A stretch of 36,835 nucleotides of DNA from a virus (IMGVR_UViG_3300048578_000320:1-36835); one strand, 5' to 3'; positions 7,449 through 16,155 are shown, counted from the stretch's first letter. The notes: generated by a model not told the origin, from the sequence alone. A program made the numbers and translations.

Positions 7449-10400
7449 GCCGCCCGCGACAGATCGTTGAGGGCCTGAACCAGGAGATTGGCCTGGCCTC
7501 GCTCGGCTTGCATGCGTACCGGCTCTGAGGCGGTTGGCAGGCGAAGATTGATATCCAAGGTTTCCCGGGAACTGGAGTTGTTGGCGGCGCCGGAACCGGG
7601 AATGCCCACCACACCACCCACAGCGAATGCCGGCAGGGGGGCACGCATGCCGTTGATAGCCATCATGGCCGAGAGGCCGTAACGGCGCACCGCCTCCTTG
7701 CGGATGACAAACTCCCCATCTTCCAGCAGGGCATGGACACGGTCACCGCCGCCGTAGCCAGGCAGGGCGCCGCCGGTAGAGAAGTGCCGCAGGCCGGCAC
7801 CGACAACACCGCCGACGCTGTGCGCTTCAACGGTCTGCTGGACAACCGTCACGGTTATCGTCTTGTCGTGCAGAGCATCCAGGGCGGCCTGAATCGCCTG
7901 GATGTTGGCTTGGGCTCCAGCGATCTCCGCGTCGATTTCGATCAGGCGCTTTTTCTTCTCCAGCTCATCGAGCTGAGTAGCCAGGGCGGCTAGCTGCTCC
8001 TTGAGGCTGGCCGCCTTGGCGGCAGCACCGTCTGCAGCTTTCTGGTTGGCATCCCCGGCCGTCTTCGCCGCTGCCGCCGCGATCTGCCCGGCCTTCTCCA
8101 CGATCCCGATAGCCTGGCCGGTATTTTTCAGGTTTGCGCCCAGGGACTCCGCCTGCTTGGCCAGGGCCTCGGCCGCAGCCGCAGCCTTTTCAGCGCCTGA
8201 CGTATCGCCCTTGCCCGACAAGCGGGTAGCCTCTGCAGCCCGAGCTGCTGCAGCTGCCAGCTTCTCCTGGGCCTGGGCCGCAATATCAGCCTGCTGGGCG
8301 GTCTCGCTCATATCACGGCGACGCAGTTCGCGGATGCGGTCGGCGGTGGACATCTGGATGTCGGCGGCCCGCTCGTAGGCGGCGCTGGCGGCCTGGCGGT
8401 AACGCTCCACATCGCGCAGGGCCTCTTCCATGTCCTTACGCTTCTGCTCCGCCAGCTTCTTCACTGCCTTGATGCGGGCCTCGACAGCCTTTTCTTCCTC
8501 GACCACCTCTTTGCCGGCCAGGATGGCCTGGCGCTGGGCGGTCAGCTCGGCTAGCTGCTGCTTGGCCGAGGCCAGCTGCTTGGCCTTCCCCAGGACCTGC
8601 TGGGCGTAGTTCTCCGCATTGGTCAGCAGCTGCTGCTGGGTTTTCTCATCGGCCGTGGCCGCCTTTGCCGCCGCATCCTGGATGGTCTGGTAATTCCCAC
8701 CCACCTTGCGGACGGCTTCGGCCAGCTTGGCAAAGGCCTGCGCATTGGCTTCCGTCTTCCTGGCGGCGTCGGCTTGCTTGGCGCCCTTGTCTTCACCAAA
8801 CAGCAGGTCCAGCCCCCAGATCACGCCTTGAATCGCCAAGGCCCAGGGAATGAACCTGGCGGCCACCACCAGGAGCCCCCGGGCCAGGCCGGCGGCGCCA
8901 ACAGCGGCAAGCCCCAGGCCCCCAGTCAATCGGGTAACGATCACGCCCAGGGCGGCGATACCCAGACGGGCCCCTCCCATACCTGCCAGGGTAGTGACCA
9001 GGACGGATAGGGCAACGGCCGATCCGGGAACGGCATCAATGATCTGCCCGATCCCTACCGTCACATCACGCACCGCACCGGCTACCGCCACCAGGCCAGG
9101 CAGCAACTGGTTACCGAAGACAATAGCGGTCTCGGACACGGCGTTCTTCAGCAACGTGAATTGCATCGCCGCGGTCTTGGCGATTTCGTCGAACTGACCG
9201 GTAACGCTGCCCTGGGCCGCCGTATCTGCGGCTAGCTTGAGGGCCTTGCGGTAGTCGTCCAGGCCGCCGGCGAGCTTGGCAATATCGTCCGCATATTCCA
9301 GGCCCAGGATATGGGACAGGGCGATGGGACGCACTGCATCCGGCAGGGAATTGACCTTACTCAGGAAGGCATCGATGGCCTTTGCCGGGTCGGCCATCAT
9401 AGCGGCCGTGAACTCGGAAATGCTGCCGATGTACTTCTCAAAAGCAGCCTGCACCTTCGGCTCCGCGCCGTTGAGGGTGGAGAGCTTCAGGATGAAAGCG
9501 TTGATGGCGTTTGCCGCCACCTCGGGAGGCGTCCCCAGGGAAAGGAAGGCGGAGGCCAGGGCCGCCGTTTCCTTGGCAGACAGATTCATCATCTTGGCCA
9601 TACCGCCGGTTCGGGCCAGGACATTGACGATGTCGCGCTCGGCGACGTTGGACATCTTGTCGCCGAGCCAGTTGATGGTGTCGGCCAGGTCCTTCGTCTG
9701 GCCGATGGACATGCCGAAGATAGTGCGCAGCTTGCCGAAGGCGGCGGCGCCTTCCTCCGGCAGCATGTCGAAGGCCATGGCGATCTTGGCGATAGCCGCC
9801 ACGTACTCGCCAACTTCCGGCGCCGCCACCCCGGCCTGGCCGGCTGCCGCCGCGATCTTGGACAGTTCCACGGCAGTCAGGGGTATTTCCCGGGTCATGG
9901 CTAGCAGCTCACGGCGGAGCTTGGTGAAGCCGTTTTCATCGGGAAAATCGATGTACTTCTTGGCCTGGGCCATGGCCAGCTCGAATTCGGCAGCCTGTTT
10001 CACTGTTGCCCAGATGGTTGCCCCGACCCCGGCCAAGGCCATGGCAGAGCCCCGCACCTTGAGCAGTGCCTCGGACCACCCGTTGGTCTGGGCCTGCAGC
10101 TCCCGGGTCCGCTCCAACAGCTTCATTTTGGCCTGGGCCAGCTCGGCCATGCTCAACTTGCCGCTGGCCTCCAGGCGTTTGTAGGCCGCCTCGCCCAGGG
10201 CAATATCCCGGGCGATGTCGCGGAACGGGCTGACACCCAGCACATCCCGTGCGGCGGATAACCTGGAGGCTTGTGACCGGCGTTCGGATTCGGCGGCAGC
10301 CGCTGCCTCGGCCTGGCGGACCTTTTCCAGGGCCTGGGCATTGGCGACCAATTCGGCCCGGCGCTGCATGAGCGCCTGGGTTCCGGCGATCCATGCCGCC

Positions 10401-10663
10401 TTTGCCTGACCGGCCGCCGCCGCAGATGCCGAGATGGCCTCAGCGTTGGCCCGGTGGTCGCCCCCAGCACCCCGGGCGGATTGAGCCAGGCGTTTGACCT
10501 CGGCCTCTGCCGCCTTCCACTGGGTGGCGGCCTTGTCCGCAGCTTCACGGCCGGCAGCGAATGCGTTAAGCTGGGCTTTCCGGATTTCCTCCAGGGCCGC
10601 TACGCCGCCCTTCGGGTCTCCGGTAATCTTAAGCGCGACAGTGAGATCGGACGGAGAGGACAT
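7445..10663 (-). CDS. Tail tape measure protein (TP901-type core)
   Basis: 1072 aa Ala-rich helical protein; AAEFELAMAQAKK...AAAAGQAG core; C-terminal GGDRVHALLEDGEFVIRKEAVRRYG. Confidence 0.95.
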   Translation of the reverse strand: MSSPSDLTVALKITGDPKGGVAALEEIRKAQLNAFAAGREAADKAATQWKAAEAEVKRLAQSARGAGGDHRANAEAISASAAAAGQAKAAWIAGTQALMQRRAELVANAQALEKVRQAEAAAAAESERRSQASRLSAARDVLGVSPFRDIARDIALGEAAYKRLEASGKLSMAELAQAKMKLLERTRELQAQTNGWSEALLKVRGSAMALAGVGATIWATVKQAAEFELAMAQAKKYIDFPDENGFTKLRRELLAMTREIPLTAVELSKIAAAAGQAGVAAPEVGEYVAAIAKIAMAFDMLPEEGAAAFGKLRTIFGMSIGQTKDLADTINWLGDKMSNVAERDIVNVLARTGGMAKMMNLSAKETAALASAFLSLGTPPEVAANAINAFILKLSTLNGAEPKVQAAFEKYIGSISEFTAAMMADPAKAIDAFLSKVNSLPDAVRPIALSHILGLEYADDIAKLAGGLDDYRKALKLAADTAAQGSVTGQFDEIAKTAAMQFTLLKNAVSETAIVFGNQLLPGLVAVAGAVRDVTVGIGQIIDAVPGSAVALSVLVTTLAGMGGARLGIAALGVIVTRLTGGLGLAAVGAAGLARGLLVVAARFIPWALAIQGVIWGLDLLFGEDKGAKQADAARKTEANAQAFAKLAEAVRKVGGNYQTIQDAAAKAATADEKTQQQLLTNAENYAQQVLGKAKQLASAKQQLAELTAQRQAILAGKEVVEEEKAVEARIKAVKKLAEQKRKDMEEALRDVERYRQAASAAYERAADIQMSTADRIRELRRRDMSETAQQADIAAQAQEKLAAAAARAAEATRLSGKGDTSGAEKAAAAAEALAKQAESLGANLKNTGQAIGIVEKAGQIAAAAAKTAGDANQKAADGAAAKAASLKEQLAALATQLDELEKKKRLIEIDAEIAGAQANIQAIQAALDALHDKTITVTVVQQTVEAHSVGGVVGAGLRHFSTGGALPGYGGGDRVHALLEDGEFVIRKEAVRRYGLSAMMAINGMRAPLPAFAVGGVVGIPGSGAANNSSSRETLDINLRLPTASEPVRMQAERGQANLLVQALNDLSRAA

Positions 10664-10820
10664 GAGGACGGAAGGCCGCTATAAGGATTTCGTCGGAGGC
10701 TGTGTGCTGGTGGCCCTGCTGGGGAACCACGACAGACTGTTGTTCTGGGGCACCAGCACGGTGCTGCTGATCGTCGTTCTGCTGCTCATTTTTGGGACTG
10801 CCGCTCTAGCTCGGCGATAG
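10662..10820 (+). CDS. Small antisense membrane protein (52 aa)
   Basis: MRTEGRYKDFVGGCVLVALLGNHDRLLFWGTSTVLLIVVLLLIFGTAALARR; GGAGAGGA upstream; two hydrophobic segments. Confidence 0.5.
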   Translation: MRTEGRYKDFVGGCVLVALLGNHDRLLFWGTSTVLLIVVLLLIFGTAALARR

Positions 10821-10974
10821 CCAGCATGAAGACCCGCCAGGGGTAGTCCCACACACCGGGGTGGCCGGCCGTCACCAGCGCCAGCGCCCCCCGTTCCAGC
10901 CGTGTCAGTTGGGTTTCTCGGAACCCAGGGCCTTGATCCCGACCGCCATCAATCGGGTCCGCAGCACGAAAAAA
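10786..10974 (-). other. -1 programmed frameshift extension of tail chaperone (gpGT-like)
   Basis: Slippery T-TTT-TTC at 10974-10968; GGAGG 10 nt upstream; -1 frame open for 60 codons (..LVTAGHPGVWDYPWRVFMLAIAEL..) to TGA 10788-10786. Confidence 0.8.
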
Positions 10975-11243
10975 TGGCTGTTCACCTCCTTGACGAACTC
11001 CTTGACCTCGTACAGCACGGAAGGCGCAGCCTCGGAGATTTCATCCGGCGTCAGGTCGGTGAATTTCTGCAGCTCATCCAGAGAAAGTTCATCGAACAGC
11101 AGCATGGAAAGTACGTCGGGGGAGTCCCCATCCCCCATGGTTTGAGCCTCTGCCAACCATTGGCGGATTTCTGCCACCGTCAGCTCACGCACTTTCACGT
11201 CCCGCCCCATGGCGGTGATGGTCTTTTCTACGCGCATGGCCAT
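10905..11243 (-). CDS. Tail assembly chaperone (gpG-like)
   Basis: Between tail tube and tape measure; VKVRELTVAEIRQWL...KEVNSHFF. Confidence 0.85.
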   Translation of the reverse strand: MAMRVEKTITAMGRDVKVRELTVAEIRQWLAEAQTMGDGDSPDVLSMLLFDELSLDELQKFTDLTPDEISEAAPSVLYEVKEFVKEVNSHFFVLRTRLMAVGIKALGSEKPN

Positions 11244-11245
11244 GG

Positions 11246-11989
11246 TCAGAAGCCCGTCCGCAGGTTCATGTACTTGGAGACGCCGGTGCCGATCTTGGTC
11301 TCATCCTTCTGCACGGTGCCTTCCAGGTCCAGGGACACGAAGTCATCACCGATGAATTCGACGCCCTTCGCCGGACCGAACTTCACCTTGTAGAATTCGC
11401 CCAGGAAGGGAGCGTCATCCACCTCATTGATACCGTCGAAGAGCAGGTGGAAGTCGCGGTTCAGGTTGATGAGGCCCTCGATCTTGTGGCCGGCCAGCTT
11501 GGTGTAGGCAACCTTGACGGCGTCGTCGACATCGATGGCGCCTCCCTCCAAGGGGATGATGCCGGCCCGGACGCGCTGGTAATCCACCCCCTCCTCATAG
11601 GCGGGGCCGCCGGCCTCCGGGGTCACCGTCAGCTCCTTGGTCATGTCCTGGGGGAAGTCGAGAACCACCAGGCAGCTAGCGGCACCAGCGGTATGGGCTT
11701 CGGCGGCCACGGCACCGCCCGTAAATGCGGCGGCATCGCCACCGAAAGCCAGGGCCAGATTGGAAATCTTCACCTTGCGCAAGGACAAGTTGACCTTGGC
11801 AGCCTTCACCCGGACCAGCTTGGTATCCACCCCGCCGCCGGGGGTTTCGAAGTCGGGCAGTTCCTTTTCGTCCAGATCGACGCTGTAGGACAGCTTGGAG
11901 GTATTGCCCAACGATTCCAGGGCATTGACCCCATAGGGGGACAGGTAGGGGGTGCCCTTAAAGATGGCGGCGGGGTTGTGGTTGGGCAT
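11246..11989 (-). CDS. Major tail tube protein
   Basis: 247 aa; LGNTSKLSYSV...NLALAFGG...LLFDGIN...FIGDDF; first gene of tail operon; SD GGAG. Confidence 0.85.
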   Translation of the reverse strand: MPNHNPAAIFKGTPYLSPYGVNALESLGNTSKLSYSVDLDEKELPDFETPGGGVDTKLVRVKAAKVNLSLRKVKISNLALAFGGDAAAFTGGAVAAEAHTAGAASCLVVLDFPQDMTKELTVTPEAGGPAYEEGVDYQRVRAGIIPLEGGAIDVDDAVKVAYTKLAGHKIEGLINLNRDFHLLFDGINEVDDAPFLGEFYKVKFGPAKGVEFIGDDFVSLDLEGTVQKDETKIGTGVSKYMNLRTGF

Positions 11990-12030
11990 GGCGTTCTCCG
12001 TGAATTCCTGAAAGGAAGGACAGTAGGCCC

Positions 12031-12075
12031 ATGCTACGGGCCTACCTGGGAGAACTTCAGAGGGACGGGTGTCGG
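12031..12075 (-). promoter_or_regulatory. Late promoter of tail operon (Mor/C-type activator site plus -10)
   Basis: CCGACACCCGTCCCTCTG-N21-TAGCAT, matching copies at 16111 and 23819. Confidence 0.75.
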
Positions 12076-12310
12076 TAGGAGGTGGGAAAGTGAGACGAAG
12101 TGGAGCCCACTGTTTGCCAGGCTGGCTTAACTACCCACAAAAACACCACCGGAATCAAGAAACCTCAACGAGGTCACCATTGGTGGCCTACGGCCAAAAG
12201 AAAGGTCGAAGCTGGGAGGTGACATGACGCACGGGGCGCCGACCATTGCGTCGGCAGTTCGGCTGTAGTGCAGACAGATCACCCCGGCCATCAGTCGATT
12301 CGTGGCGCCA

Positions 12311-12751
12311 TCAGTCCTCCTCCACTCCGGTCAGGGTGTGGGTGGTGGCCACCGCCACCGGCAACAGGTAGAGCCCGCGCTTGGGGAGCCAGAGCGGCCC
12401 GCCGGCCGGGGCCAGGGTGAAACGGGAATAGCCTTTGGCGGGCCGCCATCCCAGCAGCCCCTTGAGCAAGGTATCAGCCAGGGCCAGCGCCTCACCTTTG
12501 GCTCTTTGGGCGGCGCCGGCCTGGGCGGAGGACGCAACGGCAATGGCCAGGAGCCAGGTGCTTTCCACCTTGGCATCGGCTCCGGTTTGGGTCAGCGGCT
12601 TGTAACCATCGTAGGCGATGGGGATTGCCGGCAGGGCGGGTAGCTTGGCGGCTTCGTCCAGAAGGTCACCGAGGGACGGGCTTCTATCCTTGAATTTCGG
12701 CAGCAGCTCACCGACGCGCCGCTGCAGGGCTTCCTCAACAGGGGTGAACAT
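12311..12751 (-). CDS. Mu gp37-like tail terminator/neck protein
   Basis: MFTPVEEAL start; LLGWRP motif; follows gp36. Confidence 0.75.
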   Translation of the reverse strand: MFTPVEEALQRRVGELLPKFKDRSPSLGDLLDEAAKLPALPAIPIAYDGYKPLTQTGADAKVESTWLLAIAVASSAQAGAAQRAKGEALALADTLLKGLLGWRPAKGYSRFTLAPAGGPLWLPKRGLYLLPVAVATTHTLTGVEED

Positions 12752-12752
12752 G

Positions 12753-13163
12753 TCAGCTTTCCCCGAAGGTGCGGGGGCGGGTCCGGACGACCATGCCGCT
12801 GGCGGCCGGGGTCGGCGTCGGTACGGTGGCCGGGGCAACCGGCAGGGCCATCAGCCCCTTGCCGATGGCCACCAGGTCTTTCATGGCGGCATCGTAGCGG
12901 GCCTTGACGGTGTCGTTCATCACGCTGACGTAGAGATAGCCTCGGGCCAGGTCGAGAACATAGCCCCGGACAGCCTCGGCCGGGACCGGCAGGGTATAGC
13001 GGCCGGCCAGGTAACCATTGACGGTCGTCTCGGCGCGGACGATAGCCCGGTTGGCCACCGTCGCGTCGATCTCGCCGGCCGGAGGGTCGGCACGATCCGT
13101 CAGATCACGGATTTCACGCTCCCCGAACTCGGCGACCAGGTCAGCGACGGTGGCGTAGGACAT
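12753..13163 (-). CDS. Mu gp36-like (DUF1320) head-tail adaptor
   Basis: MSYATVADLVAEFGEREI..LTDR..GYLAGRYTLP..RYDAAMKDL. Confidence 0.9.
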   Translation of the reverse strand: MSYATVADLVAEFGEREIRDLTDRADPPAGEIDATVANRAIVRAETTVNGYLAGRYTLPVPAEAVRGYVLDLARGYLYVSVMNDTVKARYDAAMKDLVAIGKGLMALPVAPATVPTPTPAASGMVVRTRPRTFGES

Positions 13164-13166
13164 GGC

Positions 13167-13388
13167 TTACTTCTTCCGAGCAGCCGGGGCACGGGGCTTG
13201 GACGCCGTGGCGCCGGGCTTGACGGTCGTCACGGTAGTGTTGTCGCCGGCAGGCACCTCCACCGGCCCTTCAATCACACCGTCGTCCAGATAGCTCTGGG
13301 CGTCGCCTTCTTCCAGCTCGAACTGGTCGCCCACCTTGGCAGGCTTGCCAAAAATCTTGGTGGGCTGGGTAACGGAATATGTCGGCAT
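13167..13388 (-). CDS. Small head-completion protein (Mu gp35 position)
   Basis: 73 aa from ATG 13388 behind AGGAG; GDQFELEEGDAQSYLDDGVI plus basic tail. Confidence 0.7.
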   Translation of the reverse strand: MPTYSVTQPTKIFGKPAKVGDQFELEEGDAQSYLDDGVIEGPVEVPAGDNTTVTTVKPGATASKPRAPAARKK

Positions 13389-13408
13389 CTGATTCTCCTG
13401 CATCCGCA

Positions 13409-13432
13409 CCCCGCCGGGCATTCCCGGCGGGG
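13409..13432 (-). promoter_or_regulatory. GC-rich stem-loop downstream of capsid gene
   Basis: CCCCGCCGGG-4 nt-CCCGGCGGGG, perfect 10 bp, no U-tract. Confidence 0.6.
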
Positions 13433-13455
13433 CAAGACGCGCTCACGGGGGCTAT

Positions 13456-14526
13456 TTAGGCGGCGTTCTTGATGAGGAAGCCGGAGATGGCGGAGGCCAG
13501 GACGGGCTGCAGTTCATCCGTTACCGGATAAATCATGCTCTTGGCACTCCGATCGGGGTAGGGAGTTTCCACGGTGGGAAAGCCCCGCAGGCGGTAGGTG
13601 TAACCGTAGCTGGGCAGGCCCTGGTCGGCCAAACTGCCGATCTGGGTGAAGGCCACCACCACGTCCCGGCCCCAGACATCGGCGAAGCCGTTACCGGAGT
13701 CATAGACCGCATCGCCCACCACCACCCGCTCCACGTTCCAGTGGGCCGCCAGCATTTCAGCGGTAACGGAATCACGGCCGGTGTACTTGAAGTTCTCCAG
13801 AATCTTCGGGTGCCGGCGGGCGGCCTTGAAAGCGACCGGGGACAGCTCCACGGTGTTGGGCCGGCGGCCGGTGCTGGCCCGGACGGCCTCGATGGCGTCG
13901 TCGATGTCCTGGGAGGGATCGGAGGTGCCGGAGTAGTCGCTCCACTTGTCACTGCCGGAGAGGGTGACCTTGTGGTTGTTGTCGTAATTGGCAACGTTGG
14001 TGGCCAGCTGCGCGGCGGCATACTCCCGGGATAGGGCAATCACGGACTGTGTCTTGCCAATGGAGACGGACGCCACGTCGATGCCGGGAACGGTGGAGGC
14101 CTCGCCCTGAATCTCGAAGGGCACCACGGCTTCCAGAGCGTGCTGATCCAGGGAGTAGGGATCGCCGGAATAGCCGTACTGCACCCGCTTGGTATTGGCG
14201 CCGGGCGCCCGAATGGTGCTGAACAGCTGGAAGTCTTCCTTGCCGAACTGGATGATCTTGCCGCCCCTCTGATCAACCGGCACCACCGGGAAAAGGAAGT
14301 CGGCCACCATCAGGCCATTCTTGTAGCCCTGGGCCACGGTAGTGAGGATGGGATCGACCACCCGGGCCTGGCCGGGCGTCATCTGGCCACCGATGATGCC
14401 ACCCAGGCCGATCAGCACATGCTCGGTGCCGAGACCGGGGGGGACCATGCCGAAGTGCCAGGCCAGGGCCGCCAGGGCCATGATGGTCACGGCCGACAGG
14501 AGGGGGAGATTCTTGCTGAGTTTCAT
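13456..14526 (-). CDS. Major capsid protein with hydrophobic N-terminal extension
   Basis: QARVVDPILTTVAQGY, LSGSDKWSD, GRRPNT, DVWG, PSYGYTY motifs; position after protease and cement genes; SD TAAGGA before 14526; second Met at 14382. Confidence 0.9.
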   Translation of the reverse strand: MKLSKNLPLLSAVTIMALAALAWHFGMVPPGLGTEHVLIGLGGIIGGQMTPGQARVVDPILTTVAQGYKNGLMVADFLFPVVPVDQRGGKIIQFGKEDFQLFSTIRAPGANTKRVQYGYSGDPYSLDQHALEAVVPFEIQGEASTVPGIDVASVSIGKTQSVIALSREYAAAQLATNVANYDNNHKVTLSGSDKWSDYSGTSDPSQDIDDAIEAVRASTGRRPNTVELSPVAFKAARRHPKILENFKYTGRDSVTAEMLAAHWNVERVVVGDAVYDSGNGFADVWGRDVVVAFTQIGSLADQGLPSYGYTYRLRGFPTVETPYPDRSAKSMIYPVTDELQPVLASAISGFLIKNAA

Positions 14527-14560
14527 GGCGTTTCCTTAGAAAAAATGAGGTTGAGCCCGA

Positions 14561-14902
14561 TCAGTTGGCGATCAGGATCACTTCCACCAGGTCACCGGCC
14601 TGAACGGCCGATTCACCGGGGGCGAGACGGGCGACGGTGGGGCCGGCATTCTTGGTGACGGCCCGGCCCTGGGCATCGGTTTCAACAGCGGCGCCGGCAG
14701 CGATGGCGCCGCCCGCTTCCACCACCGCCGTGCCGATCACGTCGACGGAGAAGGCCTGGCCAACAGCGGCATCGGTACGGGAAACGCCCAGGGTGTTGGC
14801 AGCAGCACCGGCGTGGGCGCCGGCATGGGTAACGAAGCGGGCGGCGGTAACGGCGCTGGTGGCTACGGCCGTAAGTGCCAGGATCGAGAGATTGGTCTTC
14901 AT
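14561..14902 (-). CDS. Capsid cement/decoration protein (DUF2190-like)
   Basis: 113 aa Ala/Gly-rich; VEAGGAIAAGAAVETDAQGRAV...GDLVEVIL. Confidence 0.85.
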   Translation of the reverse strand: MKTNLSILALTAVATSAVTAARFVTHAGAHAGAAANTLGVSRTDAAVGQAFSVDVIGTAVVEAGGAIAAGAAVETDAQGRAVTKNAGPTVARLAPGESAVQAGDLVEVILIAN

Positions 14903-14937
14903 GGGTTCTCCAATAATTGGTTGAGGTAAAACCAGCC

Positions 14938-15411
14938 TTAGCTGACGGCCTTCAGCGCCTGCTCGTAGGGCACCTTGTGTTCCTCCGCATGGGCCACGGC
15001 CTTGTGGTGCAGGGCCAGGCGCTCGGGATCGACGACGTAACCACTGGGGGCAGAGAACTCCACGTCGCCGGATTCACCAGTGGCGGCCTTACCCTTGGTG
15101 GCCAGCTCGGAAAACTCGACCAGGTCGGGCAGACCGGAGAACAGGCCCTTGAAGGCTTCGGTCAGGGGTTTCTTGCTTTCGCCTTCGCCGAACTCCACCG
15201 GGGTTTCCTGGCTGGCCAGGTGATCCAGGGTGGCCACGACCACCTGGCGCTGCTCGGGTTTGAGCTTGCCGGTGAGGGATTCGGCAAAGGCCACAGCATC
15301 TTCATGGCGCTTGGCCAGCTCGGCCTGGCGGGCCTGGGCCTGTAGTTGGGTGAGTTGCTGCTGCAACTGGTCGTTCTTGGCCTGCAGCTTGGCCGCTTCT
15401 TCCGGTTTCAC
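14938..15411 (-). CDS. Nested in-frame scaffold protein (gpZ-like)
   Basis: AGGAG 9 nt before in-frame GTG 15411 (VKPEEAAKLQ), after a linker and before the coiled coil. Confidence 0.65.
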   Translation of the reverse strand: MKPEEAAKLQAKNDQLQQQLTQLQAQARQAELAKRHEDAVAFAESLTGKLKPEQRQVVVATLDHLASQETPVEFGEGESKKPLTEAFKGLFSGLPDLVEFSELATKGKAATGESGDVEFSAPSGYVVDPERLALHHKAVAHAEEHKVPYEQALKAVS

Positions 15412-16104
15412 GGTGTCGTTCTCCTGGGTGGTGGTGGGCGGGTCAGAAAAGGCGGGGCCGAGCTGGCCGGATTCTTCCGCCCGCTCCTGGCGGGCTTCGT
15501 CTTCCAGGTTGGCCACGGCGTAATCGGGGATAACCTTGTCGGCCTCTTCCAGACCGTACTTGCTGATCCACCAGTCACGCATGCGGCGGAACAGGAAGGC
15601 GACCTGGGTGTCTGCCCAGCCGGAGAACTCAACCCCTTCGGTAAAGCAGACGCAGCCGTCGTCATCCTCGGAAAACTCCGGCTCATCCATGCCCTTGACG
15701 GAGGGGGGCTCGGCACCAAGGAAGCCGATATGGCGCAAATACCAGACGCCCGGGACCGGGTTGTTGGGGTCCGCGGGCCGATAGAACTTGGAGGAAATCG
15801 TGCCGTAGCGGCCGGTATTGACGCTCTCGGCGAATTCGGGAGCGACCTTCATAGGCTCGGCATACAGGCCTTTGCTGCCGGCCGTCAGGGCCTTGGCCCA
15901 GCCCTGGGCGGGATCGTCGGTCTTCGGATGGCCGATCACCAGGGGCGCCTTGTGCAGCTTCGGGTCGTAGGCTGCGGCGGTTGCCCGGAGGTCAGCCTCG
16001 GTGAACTCGATCTCTTCCCCGGCTGCCGTGGTGCGCTTGCCAGCTTTGAAGATGTGCAGGAGCTTGGGTGCCTTGGGAGGCTGGGGGGCGGTTTTGGTAT
16101 CCAT
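14938..16104 (-). CDS. Prohead protease/scaffold (Mu gpI/Z-like)
   Basis: HIFKAG, APLVIGHP, ISSKFY, YLRHIGFLGA.PP.VKG; coiled-coil C-terminus. Confidence 0.9.
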   Translation of the reverse strand: MDTKTAPQPPKAPKLLHIFKAGKRTTAAGEEIEFTEADLRATAAAYDPKLHKAPLVIGHPKTDDPAQGWAKALTAGSKGLYAEPMKVAPEFAESVNTGRYGTISSKFYRPADPNNPVPGVWYLRHIGFLGAEPPSVKGMDEPEFSEDDDGCVCFTEGVEFSGWADTQVAFLFRRMRDWWISKYGLEEADKVIPDYAVANLEDEARQERAEESGQLGPAFSDPPTTTQENDTVKPEEAAKLQAKNDQLQQQLTQLQAQARQAELAKRHEDAVAFAESLTGKLKPEQRQVVVATLDHLASQETPVEFGEGESKKPLTEAFKGLFSGLPDLVEFSELATKGKAATGESGDVEFSAPSGYVVDPERLALHHKAVAHAEEHKVPYEQALKAVS

Positions 16105-16110
16105 GCCGGC

Positions 16111-16155
16111 AGTTTGGATGCCGGGCAGGACGGTTGGCAGGGGGGCGGATGTCGG
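16111..16155 (-). promoter_or_regulatory. Late promoter of head operon
   Basis: CCGACATCCGCCCCCCTG-N21-CAAACT, then 6 nt, then ATG 16104. Confidence 0.7.
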
